The position numbers and the translations under genes are program-made. 61,062 nucleotides of DNA. It comes from Bacillota bacterium. GTDB lineage: Bacteria > Bacillota > Clostridia > Lachnospirales > Anaerotignaceae. The stretch lies in assembly GCA_044425835.1 (NCBI GenBank), contig JAWXUZ010000001.1:1-61062 (forward strand). The letters run 5' to 3'. Shown in pieces: positions 18,843 to 28,662 of the stretch. Every line of letters begins with the position of its first letter. Within the stretch, counting starts at the first letter, position 1. The notes below the pieces were generated by a model that was given only the letters and a program-made list of their open reading frames with translations, was not told the origin of the DNA and searched no databases.

Positions 18843-19469
18843 TTATTTTGTACCGAAAATACGGTCGCCTGCATCGCCAAGACCTGGCACAATGTAACCA
18901 TGTTCATTTAATTTGCTATCGTGTGCTGCTGTGTAAATATCAACATCAGGGTGATTGTTTTGCACTTTCTCTACACCGTCAGGTGCAGTCAAAATACACA
19001 ACAAAATGATTTTTTTGACACCACGTTCTTTCAAAAATCCAATCGCTGCTTCCGCAGTACCACCTGTTGCAAGCATTGGATCAGTCAAAAATACAGTGCG
19101 GTCTGCAACGTCTGATGGCAATTTGCAGTAATACTCCACAGGTTCTAGCGTTTCAGGGTCACGGTATAGACCGATATGTCCAATTTTTGCAGTTGGCATC
19201 AAGTTGACAAGCCCGTCTGACATACCAATCCCTGCACGCAAAATCGGTACAATCGCAAATTTTTCATCGATCGTTTTACATTTTGCAGGTGCAACCGGTG
19301 TCACAACATCGACCTCCACCAAATGCAACTCTCTCGTTGCTTCGTAAGATAACATCATCGCAATTTCTGTAATCAATTCACGAAATTCCTTTGATCCTGT
19401 GTTCTCATCACGCACCATTGCAATTTTGTGTTGTACTAGAGGATGTTCCGATACAAATAATTTTCCCAT
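18843..19469 (-). CDS. upp: Uracil phosphoribosyltransferase
   Basis: [27 protein letters not shown]. Confidence 0.97.
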   Translation of the reverse strand: MGKLFVSEHPLVQHKIAMVRDENTGSKEFRELITEIAMMLSYEATRELHLVEVDVVTPVAPAKCKTIDEKFAIVPILRAGIGMSDGLVNLMPTAKIGHIGLYRDPETLEPVEYYCKLPSDVADRTVFLTDPMLATGGTAEAAIGFLKERGVKKIILLCILTAPDGVEKVQNNHPDVDIYTAAHDSKLNEHGYIVPGLGDAGDRIFGTK

Positions 19470-19496
19470 GACTTTTTGCTCCCTTCGATACGAAAT

Positions 19497-19587
19497 ACTA
19501 ATTACTGCTTACTACTTACTGTTTACTGACCACTGACTACTGCTTACTGACTACTGACTACTGACTACTGACTACTGACTACTGTCA
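19497..19587. repeat. Heptamer tandem array (ACTGACT consensus, 13 units)
   Basis: Parsed in 7-bp phase; supplies the last codons and stop of rpiB. Confidence 0.92.
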
Positions 19588-20012
19588 ATGCCTTTGATAC
19601 GGTTTTTGTGTCGCTCATCTTCTGAAAACTCAGTTTCAAGAAATGCCTGCACAATCTCCAAGGCATGCCCAACACCAGTGGTGCGAGCCCCCAATGCCAA
19701 AATATTGGCATCGTTATGCAAACGAGTTGCCTTTGCAGAAAATACATCTCCACATAATGCTGCTCGAATGTTTTTGTAACGATTTGCAGTGATAGAAATG
19801 CCAATGCCTGTCCCACAAATCAGTATACCTTTGTCGCACGGCGACGCTTCGTCTAATATGGCTTCCGCCACTTTTTTACCAAATACTGGATAATCCACAG
19901 CTTCTGCGGAAAATGTACCGAAATTTTCAAAAGGAAGGTTTTTACCCTCCAAATAAGAAATGACTTCTTTCATCAATTCGTAACCCCCGTGGTCACAACC
20001 CAAAGCAATCAT
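19572..20012 (-). CDS. rpiB: Ribose-5-phosphate isomerase B
   Basis: GCDHGG, DYP, CGTGIG, HNDAN, RH..RI. Confidence 0.96.
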   Translation of the reverse strand: MIALGCDHGGYELMKEVISYLEGKNLPFENFGTFSAEAVDYPVFGKKVAEAILDEASPCDKGILICGTGIGISITANRYKNIRAALCGDVFSAKATRLHNDANILALGARTTGVGHALEIVQAFLETEFSEDERHKNRIKGIDSSQ

Positions 20013-20039
20013 ACGCCCTCCTCATTTCATACCAATGTA

Positions 20040-21098
20040 TCAGCGATGTCTCAACACTTCATACCCCGCCGCTTTTTCCAAACGGTTCATGATTGCCAAG
20101 CCCACTTCTTCTTTTATAAACATTTCAGAATAAATCAAGTCTACATTTTGTTCATCAAACCAACGCAAGGCATCGAATAAATTTTTGCCGATTTCTTCGA
20201 GATTTTCTTTGTTTCCCAAGGAACGCACAACTGCATTTTCATACTGCTTTGCATTTTTTTCCGTTGCCAACACACCAATTTTTTTATCATTATCTGATTT
20301 GATCAAATGGTTGATGGTATCAACGAGTGTTTCTGCTTCCGTATCGACCAATACGACACGGGCTTTCGGTGCGTAATGCGTATACTTCATTCCCGGAGCT
20401 TTTGGTTTGACGTCTTTTTCTGGTTTATTCAAAATGGTCGGATCGAGTTCAATGGTACCGACAACTTCTTCTATCATATTTTTTGTAATTGCACCGGGTC
20501 GCAAAAGTACAGGTGGCGAAACGCTCACATCGACAATTGTCGACTCCAAGCCAAACTCCGTATCTCCGCCATCGACAATCATATCGATTTTATTCCATAA
20601 ATCTTCTTTGACATGACTGGCTTTTGTACTACTTGGGCGACCTGATTGGTTGGCACTCGGTGCCGCTACAGGCACACCTGCAAGGCGAAGTAGTTGATTT
20701 GCCACTGGGTGTTTTGGAATGCGAATCGCAACGGTCGGCAGTCCGCCTGAAACGATATCAGAAACCGCCTCTGCCTTTTTGAATACCAAAGTCAAGGGGC
20801 CAGGACAAAATGCCTCAAGTAGTTGTTCTGCTTCGTTTGAAATTTCCAAAACGAGTGGTGCAATTTCTTCTTTTGAGGGAATGTGCAATATCAGCGGATT
20901 GTCAGATGGTCGTCCTTTTGCTTCATAAATTTTTTTGCAAGCAGAATCCGACAGGCCATTCGCCCCCAAGCCATACACTGTTTCAGTTGGAAACGCAACA
21001 AGACCACCCATACGCAACAATTCCCCTGCTTCTTGCAAGAGGGGAAAGTTGAAATCAGAGGAGGTCATCGCAGCCCATATGGTCTGTGGGTTACGCAT
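20040..21098 (-). CDS. sua5: Threonylcarbamoyl-AMP synthase (Sua5/TsaC with Sua5 C-terminal domain)
   Basis: [38 protein letters not shown]; probable start ATG 21098 overlapping the upstream stop. Confidence 0.94.
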   Translation of the reverse strand: MRNPQTIWAAMTSSDFNFPLLQEAGELLRMGGLVAFPTETVYGLGANGLSDSACKKIYEAKGRPSDNPLILHIPSKEEIAPLVLEISNEAEQLLEAFCPGPLTLVFKKAEAVSDIVSGGLPTVAIRIPKHPVANQLLRLAGVPVAAPSANQSGRPSSTKASHVKEDLWNKIDMIVDGGDTEFGLESTIVDVSVSPPVLLRPGAITKNMIEEVVGTIELDPTILNKPEKDVKPKAPGMKYTHYAPKARVVLVDTEAETLVDTINHLIKSDNDKKIGVLATEKNAKQYENAVVRSLGNKENLEEIGKNLFDALRWFDEQNVDLIYSEMFIKEEVGLAIMNRLEKAAGYEVLRHR

Positions 21099-21591
21099 TG
21101 CCCCCACAGCATCTTTTGTATTTTTTTCCACTGCCACAAGTGCATGGATCGTTTCTGCCAATTTTTTTCGGATTGATAATTGTGCGAGATTTTTTTTGTT
21201 CTAGTGTGAATTGTTTTCTTCTAGTATCGTCAAAAACAACGTCCCATTCTTTGAGATTCATCAAATGATCCGCTTTGTATTCCACCATTTTTTTGTATAG
21301 ACGTTCAAAGTCCACAACCAATTTGATTTTTGTTGTTTCTTCGAGTGAATCCATTTGGAAACGTTCTTCCAAAGATTCATTGATGCCATCAAGGAATCCA
21401 ACAAATTCTTCGCTTGACATAGAAAATTTTTCAGCCAACTCAAGAATTGTACCTTCTAAAGTCGTTTGATTTTGACCGATCAGAAATTCATAAATTTTTT
21501 GTTCTTTTGGTAAAAATACGTCCCAAAGTGCATCTACGCTATGTCCTTCTTGAGAAAAAGCGTGATCCATCCAAATACTGTATAAACTCAT
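21091..21591 (-). CDS. SEC-C metal-binding domain protein
   Basis: C-terminal [20 protein letters not shown]. Confidence 0.9.
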   Translation of the reverse strand: MSLYSIWMDHAFSQEGHSVDALWDVFLPKEQKIYEFLIGQNQTTLEGTILELAEKFSMSSEEFVGFLDGINESLEERFQMDSLEETTKIKLVVDFERLYKKMVEYKADHLMNLKEWDVVFDDTRRKQFTLEQKKSRTIINPKKIGRNDPCTCGSGKKYKRCCGGNA

Positions 21592-21636
21592 TTTCAATTC
21601 TCCTTTATATACTGTTCATTTTTAAAAACTTTGAAT

Positions 21637-21706
21637 GATAACTATAAGCATGTCCTTATGCTATATGTGATTTATGATACTTGTCTGGCATCATAAAATA
21701 GTCACC
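21637..21706 (-). ncRNA. Candidate structured 5' leader (three-way junction)
   Basis: P1 GGUGACUAU/AUAGUUAUC, P2 UUUAUGAUGC/GUAUCAUAAA, P3 AGCAU/AUGCU; begins at the predicted transcription start. Confidence 0.4.
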
Positions 21707-21713
21707 TCTAGCA

Positions 21714-21742
21714 ATCATAATATAACTTGATAAAAAAAGCAA
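21714..21742 (-). promoter_or_regulatory. sigma-A promoter of the SEC-C/sua5 operon
   Basis: TTGCTT-17-TATGAT. Confidence 0.55.
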
Positions 21743-21859
21743 TATAAAAATCGTATTTTTTTCAAAAAATATTATTAAGGAATTACTTTTACATAAAAAT
21801 ACTGCACAAAAATCGTTTTTACTCTCGTGCAGTATATTTTATTCTCATATATCTAAAAA

Positions 21860-22618
21860 TCAATACGTTGTAATTTCAACACTTTCAATGATCACGTCTT
21901 CTACCGGTTTGTCAGCCTCGCCCGTTTCGACTTGGGCAATTGCATCGACAACCTCAATCCCTGAAAATACTTGCCCAAATATAGAATACATATTGCCAAA
22001 TATATATTCCAACTCAATTTGACCGCCTGTTTTTTCATAGTAATCTAGTTTTGCTTCTGTGAAAATGTCGCCAATATTATATACATCGCCTTGCGGATAT
22101 GCAACTTGGAAAGGCTCTTCTGCTGTTTCTTCGATTTTATCTCGAATGACATTGAGTGCTTCAGCGTTTACTTCTGGATTTTGCACGATGAAAAATTGAC
22201 TTCCATTCGTGTTCGGTCCACTGTTTGCCATAGCAAGTGCCCCTTTGAAAAAGTGAAGGTCAGGAGAAATTTCGTCTTCAAAATCAGCTCCAAAAGAACT
22301 CGCTCCACCCATACCTGTTGCCGTTGGGTCACCACCTTGGATCATGAAATTTTCAATGACTCTATGGAATGTAACGCCATCATAATAGCCAGAATTCGCC
22401 AAATTTTTAAAATTTTCCACTGCAAGTGGTGCTTCCTCCGGATAAAAACGCAGTTGTATTTCTCCTAAAGAAGTCGTTACAATTGCGATTTCTTCACCTT
22501 TTTCTGGTGTGCCTGCTTGCAATAAACCACTTCCTGTACTACCTCCTGATGCCCCTTGGCATGATGCCAAAGAAAACACTAACATTGTTGCACATAGAAG
22601 TCCTAATAATTTTTTCAT
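21860..22618 (-). CDS. Cyclophilin-type peptidyl-prolyl isomerase, lipoprotein
   Basis: Lipobox LASC; FHRVIENFMIQGGDP, AMANSGPNTNGSQFFI. Confidence 0.93.
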   Translation of the reverse strand: MKKLLGLLCATMLVFSLASCQGASGGSTGSGLLQAGTPEKGEEIAIVTTSLGEIQLRFYPEEAPLAVENFKNLANSGYYDGVTFHRVIENFMIQGGDPTATGMGGASSFGADFEDEISPDLHFFKGALAMANSGPNTNGSQFFIVQNPEVNAEALNVIRDKIEETAEEPFQVAYPQGDVYNIGDIFTEAKLDYYEKTGGQIELEYIFGNMYSIFGQVFSGIEVVDAIAQVETGEADKPVEDVIIESVEITTY

Positions 22619-22801
22619 AACCGATAAACCCCCTATAACTCAATACGAAATTCTATATATTTAAAATCAAGAAAAAGTACGACCCAAACAATTTTTACAA
22701 CGTTGCAATCGACATACCTTTTTCAGAACAATCATCGTATATCCTAAACGAAAAATATAAAAATATAAGAAGTTACACATTAAAATCGAATTAAAAGAAA
22801 A

Positions 22802-23935
22802 TCAATCGACTTCTTCATTTGATTGTTGCCCCTCCACTTTTGCAGTGCCTGGAGAATCTTGTGGTGTTTTGCAAAAACGCATGATTTGTTCCATGACTTT
22901 TTCAGAACCTTTTTCCAAATCGGAACGACGCATATTTTGAATGTAGTTGTTGCGATTTTCGTAGACTTCCATGACTTTATCTACAAAATGAGGTGCGATC
23001 AAATCTTCTTCTTGTAGCACGACAGAAAATCCTTGTTCCTCAAATGAGGCTGCATTTAAAATCTGGTCGCCACGACTGACTTCTGCTGAAAGAGGAATCA
23101 GTAAATTCGGTTTTTTGAGAGCCAACAACTCGCAAATGGAATTGCTTCCTGCACGTGAAACGACAAGGTCAGCCATAGCAAATAAATTTTCCAAGCCGTC
23201 GTTGACGTAAGGAATTTGAAAATAGCCTTTCATCGAGTTTAGTTCTTCTCTCTCGTTGCCTTTGCCACAGATATGCACGATCTGGAACGTATCGAGCAAG
23301 TCAAAGAGTGTCAGCACCAAAACCTTATTGATTTTTTCAGACCCTTGCGAGCCACCCATCACCATAAGTATCGGCTTTCTATCGTTGAATTTGCACATCA
23401 AAAGTCCACGTTGTTTGATGCCACGAAAGAGTTGCCTACGCAGTGGTGTACCTGTATGTACACAGCGGTCAGAATCGATAAATTCGAGTGTTTCATAGAA
23501 CGTGGTACAAATGACCTTGGCACTTGGGGCTGAAATTTTATTGGCAAGCCCCGGTGTGATATCCGATTCATGAATGACTACTGGCACACGGCATGCTTTC
23601 GCCGCCAAAACGACTGGCACTGCCACGTAGCCACCTTTGGAAAATACGATGTCTGGTTTTAATTTTTTCATAATGGCTTTTGCTTGCTTGACGCCTTTCC
23701 AAACTTTCTTCATATCTTGTATGTTTTGTTTGGAGAAGTATTTCGAGCGACGCAATTTCCCCGTAGAGATTTCGTAATACGGGATCCCTGTCGGTTTGAT
23801 GAGTTCTTTTTCGATGCCATTTTCAGAGCCTATATAAAAAATTTCAAAGTCTTCTTTTCTTAGATAAGGAACCAAAGCCAAATTCGGTGTCACATGACCT
23901 GCGGTTCCGCCACCTGTTAATATAATTTTTCTCAT
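22802..23935 (-). CDS. murG: Lipid I N-acetylglucosaminyltransferase
   Basis: TGGGTAGHV, KGGYV, HESD, GGSQGS, SRAG, DQILNA. Confidence 0.95.
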   Translation of the reverse strand: MRKIILTGGGTAGHVTPNLALVPYLRKEDFEIFYIGSENGIEKELIKPTGIPYYEISTGKLRRSKYFSKQNIQDMKKVWKGVKQAKAIMKKLKPDIVFSKGGYVAVPVVLAAKACRVPVVIHESDITPGLANKISAPSAKVICTTFYETLEFIDSDRCVHTGTPLRRQLFRGIKQRGLLMCKFNDRKPILMVMGGSQGSEKINKVLVLTLFDLLDTFQIVHICGKGNEREELNSMKGYFQIPYVNDGLENLFAMADLVVSRAGSNSICELLALKKPNLLIPLSAEVSRGDQILNAASFEEQGFSVVLQEEDLIAPHFVDKVMEVYENRNNYIQNMRRSDLEKGSEKVMEQIMRFCKTPQDSPGTAKVEGQQSNEEVD

Positions 23936-24095
23936 TTTCCCCCGCCTTTGTTTTATACTTTATATTCGTGTGCCATACTACCTTGTATCATAGCAGAAAT
24001 TTCATTCAAGGTCTATACTGATTTTATACATTTTTTAAGAAACATTTTTGATGTTTTTGCATAGATTAATAGAAAACCTTACAGGAGGTCACAAA

Positions 24096-24596
24096 ATGTA
24101 CCCTTACAACACAACAACTCTACAAGAAAAATCTATGGAAAAATTGGGAAATTATGCAAACAAAAACGATGAAGATTTACTGCAAAAAGATGAAAGATTG
24201 AAAGATTTGGTACTCATTGCACAAAATGACACAAGAAAATTGCAAGGTGATTATGCAAAACTAATGGAAGTCGGCATATTGTCAGAAGTCAAAAATTTAT
24301 TACAAACGATGTATCTTGACGAGGTGAAGCACGAGAAATTACTCGGGGAGGTGCTTTACCTCTTAGAGCAAGAGGGCAACGAAGAAGAAAACGGTGATTT
24401 ATTGACTGATCTCGATGTCAAGAATGTGATAGAATCGTTGCTTTTGCAAGAGATGGATTCTGCTACTTTTTACAGAGCCTTAGCAAATTCCATTGAAGGC
24501 ACAAGTGCGATCAAGGATATTTTGAATGAGATTGCTTGCAACAAGCAAACGCACGGTACTGGGCTGACGTATATTTTTACGAAGTATTTTGCTTAA
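24096..24596 (+). CDS. Ferritin-like domain protein (possibly sporulation-associated)
   Basis: DEVKH and E...ATFY helical motifs; RBS AGGAGG; CATAGATT mother-cell-type -10 at 24060. Confidence 0.6.
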   Translation: MYPYNTTTLQEKSMEKLGNYANKNDEDLLQKDERLKDLVLIAQNDTRKLQGDYAKLMEVGILSEVKNLLQTMYLDEVKHEKLLGEVLYLLEQEGNEEENGDLLTDLDVKNVIESLLLQEMDSATFYRALANSIEGTSAIKDILNEIACNKQTHGTGLTYIFTKYFA

Positions 24597-24614
24597 GGGT
24601 GACTAATGAAAAGA

Positions 24615-24837
24615 AAAGACCTTGAGACGCTGTCTCAAACTCTGCAAACTTTTGAAAAAGTTTGATCAAAACTTTATCTTCGCTAACCTTAATGCTTAGA
24701 AAACCTCATGGTTTGCAAATATTGAATTAAGGGATTCATACCGACAAAGAAAAGAGAAGAGAACAGTACAGTAGGGGCGACCTGCGGTCGCCCGCTCTCG
24801 ATAAAACAACAATTCCGCCCATATTTAATTAGGGATT
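24615..24837. repeat. Composite cluster: family B (GAGA variant) plus single REP A
   Basis: 24615-24677 and GTAGGGGCGACCTGCGGTCGCCCG at 24771-24794 with conserved right flank. Confidence 0.85.
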
Positions 24838-24931
24838 TATACAAAACAAAAGGACATCGCCACCCATTTCCACGTAGCGATGCCCTTTTTATTTTTTCAT
24901 TTCCTATTCTTAATCAGTTCTTAGCAAGTTC

Positions 24932-26023
24932 TTAATAAGAAATTTTGTCCATATACATCATATATTTGCTGACCATCAACGTAATTTTGAAAATGATTGC
25001 ATCATCGAAATTCCGTAAATCAAGCCCCGTCATTTTTTGTAGCTTGTCCAAACGATACACCAACGTATTTCTATGGATATAAAGTTGACGGCTTGTTTCC
25101 GATACATTCAAGTTATTTTCAAAGAATTTATTGACTGTCGCCAAAGTTTCATCATCAAAATCGTCCATAGTCAAACCATGAAGTACTTCTTTGATAAACA
25201 TACGGCAAAGTGGCAATGGCAATTGGTAAATCAAACGACCGATGCCCAATTTTTCATAATTCACAATGAACTTTTCAGTTTCAAAGATTTTGCCCACTTC
25301 GAGTGCCATTTTTGCTTCTTTATACGATCTCGAAACGTCTTTCAAGTCGCCAACGATTGTACCACTTGCGATGTACACTTGGCTATTCGTTTCTTGATTG
25401 AGTGTTTCTTCAATTGTTTTTGCAATGCGATCGATTTCATCAGACGATTCTCTCTCACGCAACTCTTTCACTAAAATAATGCTATGCTCGTCCACAGCTG
25501 TTACGAAGTCTTTCGTTTTAGAAGGGAATACCCCACGCACCAAATCCACGACATTCATATCTTTGTCTACGTTCGTTTCAATCAAATATACAATGCGGAA
25601 CCCAACGCTTTCGATGTGCAGTTTTTTTGCACGGCTATAAATATCTACCAAAAGCAAATTGTCTAACAAGAGATTTTTGATGAAGTTATCTTTGTCATAT
25701 CTTTCTTTGTAAGCCACCAAAAGATTTTGAATTTGGAAGGAAGCAATTTTACCAATTTGGTATCCAGCTTCGTCTTCGCCTTTGACTTGAATGACGTATT
25801 CAGGAATGCCATTGTCGTAAATTTTGAAATATTGGTATCCCAAAATCATTTGACTTTCTGCCGGAGAAATAATGAAATTTTCCACCACATCAATTTGTCG
25901 ACCAATCATACTATCTTCAGTCGTTGCAATTACTTTGCCTTCTTTTTCGATTACGCTCAATTCTTTTCTAGTAATGTTTTTTAATCCATCGATCGTGCTT
26001 TGTAAAATCTGATTAGAAATCAT
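24932..26023 (-). CDS. CdaR/PucR family transcriptional regulator
   Basis: C-terminal NLNVSETSRQLYIHRNTLVYRLDK..TGLD HTH. Confidence 0.92.
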   Translation of the reverse strand: MISNQILQSTIDGLKNITRKELSVIEKEGKVIATTEDSMIGRQIDVVENFIISPAESQMILGYQYFKIYDNGIPEYVIQVKGEDEAGYQIGKIASFQIQNLLVAYKERYDKDNFIKNLLLDNLLLVDIYSRAKKLHIESVGFRIVYLIETNVDKDMNVVDLVRGVFPSKTKDFVTAVDEHSIILVKELRERESSDEIDRIAKTIEETLNQETNSQVYIASGTIVGDLKDVSRSYKEAKMALEVGKIFETEKFIVNYEKLGIGRLIYQLPLPLCRMFIKEVLHGLTMDDFDDETLATVNKFFENNLNVSETSRQLYIHRNTLVYRLDKLQKMTGLDLRNFDDAIIFKITLMVSKYMMYMDKISY

Positions 26024-26426
26024 TTAATTCACCTCAATATTATTTATAGACTATACACCGAATTGTATTTGCGTGAATTGAGAACTTATGCACAAAAAAC
26101 GTGTACAAATCCGCCCACGAATATTCACCACAATTACCTAATAACATTTTACAACAAAATAAGAGAAATGAAAAGCAAAAATATAATAAAAAAACAATAA
26201 ATTTTTCTAAACAACCAATTTAGCTAAAAAAATCCGACATTTTTTAAGAAAAGTATACGTTTCAGCACACCGATTGTATACAGTATACAGTATTTGAGAT
26301 GAAACAACCTCTTTTTTAGAGATTCTCTTCCTCTATGCGTTGTGTAAATTGTCAAAAAAAATCCCGAAAATTTCTGAGGTAATTTTCTTTTTTTGAAATG
26401 TGAAAATATTCACAGGAATTTCCGTT

Positions 26427-27170
26427 CTACTTCTCGTTATTTTGTGGACTACGTAGCACAGTGAAAACGAAAAGTGGCAATTGCAACATGCGTTTCCATC
26501 TTGTCGGTTGACACAAAAAGCGGTATAGCCATTCGAGTCCTAATTTTTGGAACTGCACTGGGGCACGTTTCACACGCTCCGCCATCACATCAAAACTACC
26601 GCCCACCCCGATTGCCAACCGCACATTGAGTACTTGCAAATGGTCGTAAATCCACTTTTCTTGTTTCGGTGCCCCAAGCCCAACCAAAAGGACACTCGCC
26701 TCGGAATCGTTGATTTCTTGGATAATTTCTTTTTCTCTTTGCTCATCAAAAAATCCATTTGCCACCCCGACAATTTTCAAATGCGGATACTTCGCTTGCA
26801 TTTTCTCTTTGGCTTCTTTTGAAACGGTATCGCCTCCGCCAAAAAAATAAAACGATTCTTCTGTATTTTGCAAAGCCATGAAAATGCCTTGTGTCAAATC
26901 ATAGCCTGCCACTCGCTCTGGCAGACGATGTTCCCCATGCACTTTCGATGCCAAAACGACACCGATCCCATCTGGAATCACGAGGTCTGCTTCTTGTAAA
27001 ATCTGCATGAGTGTCGTATCTTTTTGTGCGAGCATCACAATTTCTGGGTTTGGTGTACAGATATAGTGCGACTTGTCCTCTTTCAAAAACTTGCACGCAC
27101 GTATGGTAGCCTCTTCCATTGTCACCACATCGAAAGGTACATCTAAAATTTTCGTTTGCACAAGCACCAC
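26427..27170 (-). CDS. tagA: WecB/TagA/CpsF family glycosyltransferase
   Basis: TPNPE, PDGIG, ERVAG.D, GLGAPKQE, GVGG.FD, LEWLYR. Confidence 0.9.
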   Translation of the reverse strand: MVLVQTKILDVPFDVVTMEEATIRACKFLKEDKSHYICTPNPEIVMLAQKDTTLMQILQEADLVIPDGIGVVLASKVHGEHRLPERVAGYDLTQGIFMALQNTEESFYFFGGGDTVSKEAKEKMQAKYPHLKIVGVANGFFDEQREKEIIQEINDSEASVLLVGLGAPKQEKWIYDHLQVLNVRLAIGVGGSFDVMAERVKRAPVQFQKLGLEWLYRFLCQPTRWKRMLQLPLFVFTVLRSPQNNEK

Positions 27171-27216
27171 TCCTTAACTACAGGGAAACACGTCACCTCT
27201 TCGCCATGCATCATTT

Positions 27217-27705
27217 TTACAGTACCTCAACTGCCATACCTGCGAATTCAATGTATTTCGTATAGTACGATTTTCTCGAACCGATGACGATTTCATAATT
27301 TGAATTTGCATACGTTTTCTTTTCATTCACAAAACCATTTGCTTCTAATGTCAATACAAAGTTCACACGGTCTTGCAATTCACCGATTCGCACTTCGCCA
27401 TTTGGCATATACACACGGTCAGTTGCTTGTTCTAGTGTCACATCAACAATCGTACCAAGAATGCCATTGGAATCTTTATCGTATAAGACATCACCTTCTC
27501 GAATCATGCCCAAATCACGCACCCCTTCAATCTTCACGACGTACTGCACCGTCGCAGACGTACCGACAGAGGAATAAGAAATCGGCGAATCGACCGTCAA
27601 TTTATATATACCACCCAATAAAAGTGCAACCACTCCGAGTAGCATCACGAGGTCAACCACATTCATTTTGCCAAACAATTTTCCTTTTTCATCTATGAAT
27701 TTCAT
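27217..27705 (-). CDS. DUF4330-like membrane-anchored protein
   Basis: IDEKGKLFGKMNVVDL N-terminus plus TM helix. Confidence 0.8.
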   Translation of the reverse strand: MKFIDEKGKLFGKMNVVDLVMLLGVVALLLGGIYKLTVDSPISYSSVGTSATVQYVVKIEGVRDLGMIREGDVLYDKDSNGILGTIVDVTLEQATDRVYMPNGEVRIGELQDRVNFVLTLEANGFVNEKKTYANSNYEIVIGSRKSYYTKYIEFAGMAVEVL

Positions 27706-27706
27706 G

Positions 27707-28186
27707 TCAATCCTCTCTTTCTATCGTCAAAACGTAGCCACGGCCAGCATAACCGCCGTCGCCTTTTACGGTAATCGACACTCCAGTTTTCAGCACGAAA
27801 CCACCGTTGATTGTAATGTCTTTTTCTGTTTCAGTGACAGGGGCTTCGATCGTCAACAACGTCGTTTCCGCACCAGCCACAGGCGATTGTAATACATTCT
27901 CACCGTCTGAATTTTCAGATTTCAGTAAGTATGGCATTGCTTCGACAGCGACCACTTTCCCAAGGTATTTATTGTAGATATTTTCTGTGAGTTCATCGCC
28001 CACTTCGACAAATTCAGTGAATCCCTCGAAATTGTCGATGAGTTCCACTTGATAGCGTACGGTCCTACCTTGGGCTGCGACATCAGTCTCACTGCGATTT
28101 AAAATCATCATTCCAACTACACCGACTGCGATAATGAGCAGTACGACTGCGATATCAAACCAATTGCATTTTTTCTTTTTTTCCAT
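27707..28186 (-). CDS. DUF4330-like membrane-anchored protein (paralog)
   Basis: NWFD + TM helix, VGDEL..LGKVV, LTIEA; tandem with its paralog. Confidence 0.7.
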   Translation of the reverse strand: MEKKKKCNWFDIAVVLLIIAVGVVGMMILNRSETDVAAQGRTVRYQVELIDNFEGFTEFVEVGDELTENIYNKYLGKVVAVEAMPYLLKSENSDGENVLQSPVAGAETTLLTIEAPVTETEKDITINGGFVLKTGVSITVKGDGGYAGRGYVLTIERED

Positions 28187-28252
28187 ATTCGACTCCTTTT
28201 TCACGTTGATTTATTAAAGTAGCAACTAAATATTAGTATTTTTTTTTAAGAA

Positions 28253-28312
28253 AAAACCTTGGGGCTTTGCCCCAAACCCCACCACTTTTTGAAAAAAGTG
28301 GACAAAAACTTT
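28253..28312 (+). repeat. Family B copy (GGGG variant)
   Basis: AAACC-TT-GGGG-C-TTT-G-CCCC-AAA-CCCC-AC-CACTTTTT-GA-AAAAAGTG-GACAAAAACTTT. Confidence 0.88.
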
Positions 28313-28568
28313 ATTTTTGCTTACCTTAATATATCAAACACTTTATTTTTTTCTATATTTAATTAATGGAGCAACATGACAATTTTATAATAATAACTGC
28401 CAACACTTTTACTATAATACCCCATATTAGAAATATTTACAAGTGGTTCGAGTAAAAATTAATAGAAAATTTCATAGAATCAAAAAAAGGCTGTCGCAAA
28501 TCGGTGAAATGCAACAGCCCAAAAGGACGAACTTCGCCCTTTAAAACTAACAATATTGAATTGCTATT

Positions 28569-28647
28569 ATTGAGGTACCAACCAAATATTTCCAAAATCA
28601 TCGTTTTATCGAGAGCGGGCGACCACAGGTCGCCCCTACAAAAGGCT
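28569..28647 (-). repeat. REP family A half-unit
   Basis: GAGAGCGGGCGACCACAGGTCGCCCCTAC with conserved flank. Confidence 0.85.
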
Positions 28648-28662
28648 AAGGTTCGCAACACC

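Noticed and set aside
21099-21161. N-terminal extension of Sua5 overlapping the SEC-C gene by 71 bp
   Set aside because: ATG at 21098 gives a typical short overlap; the extension has no family similarity.
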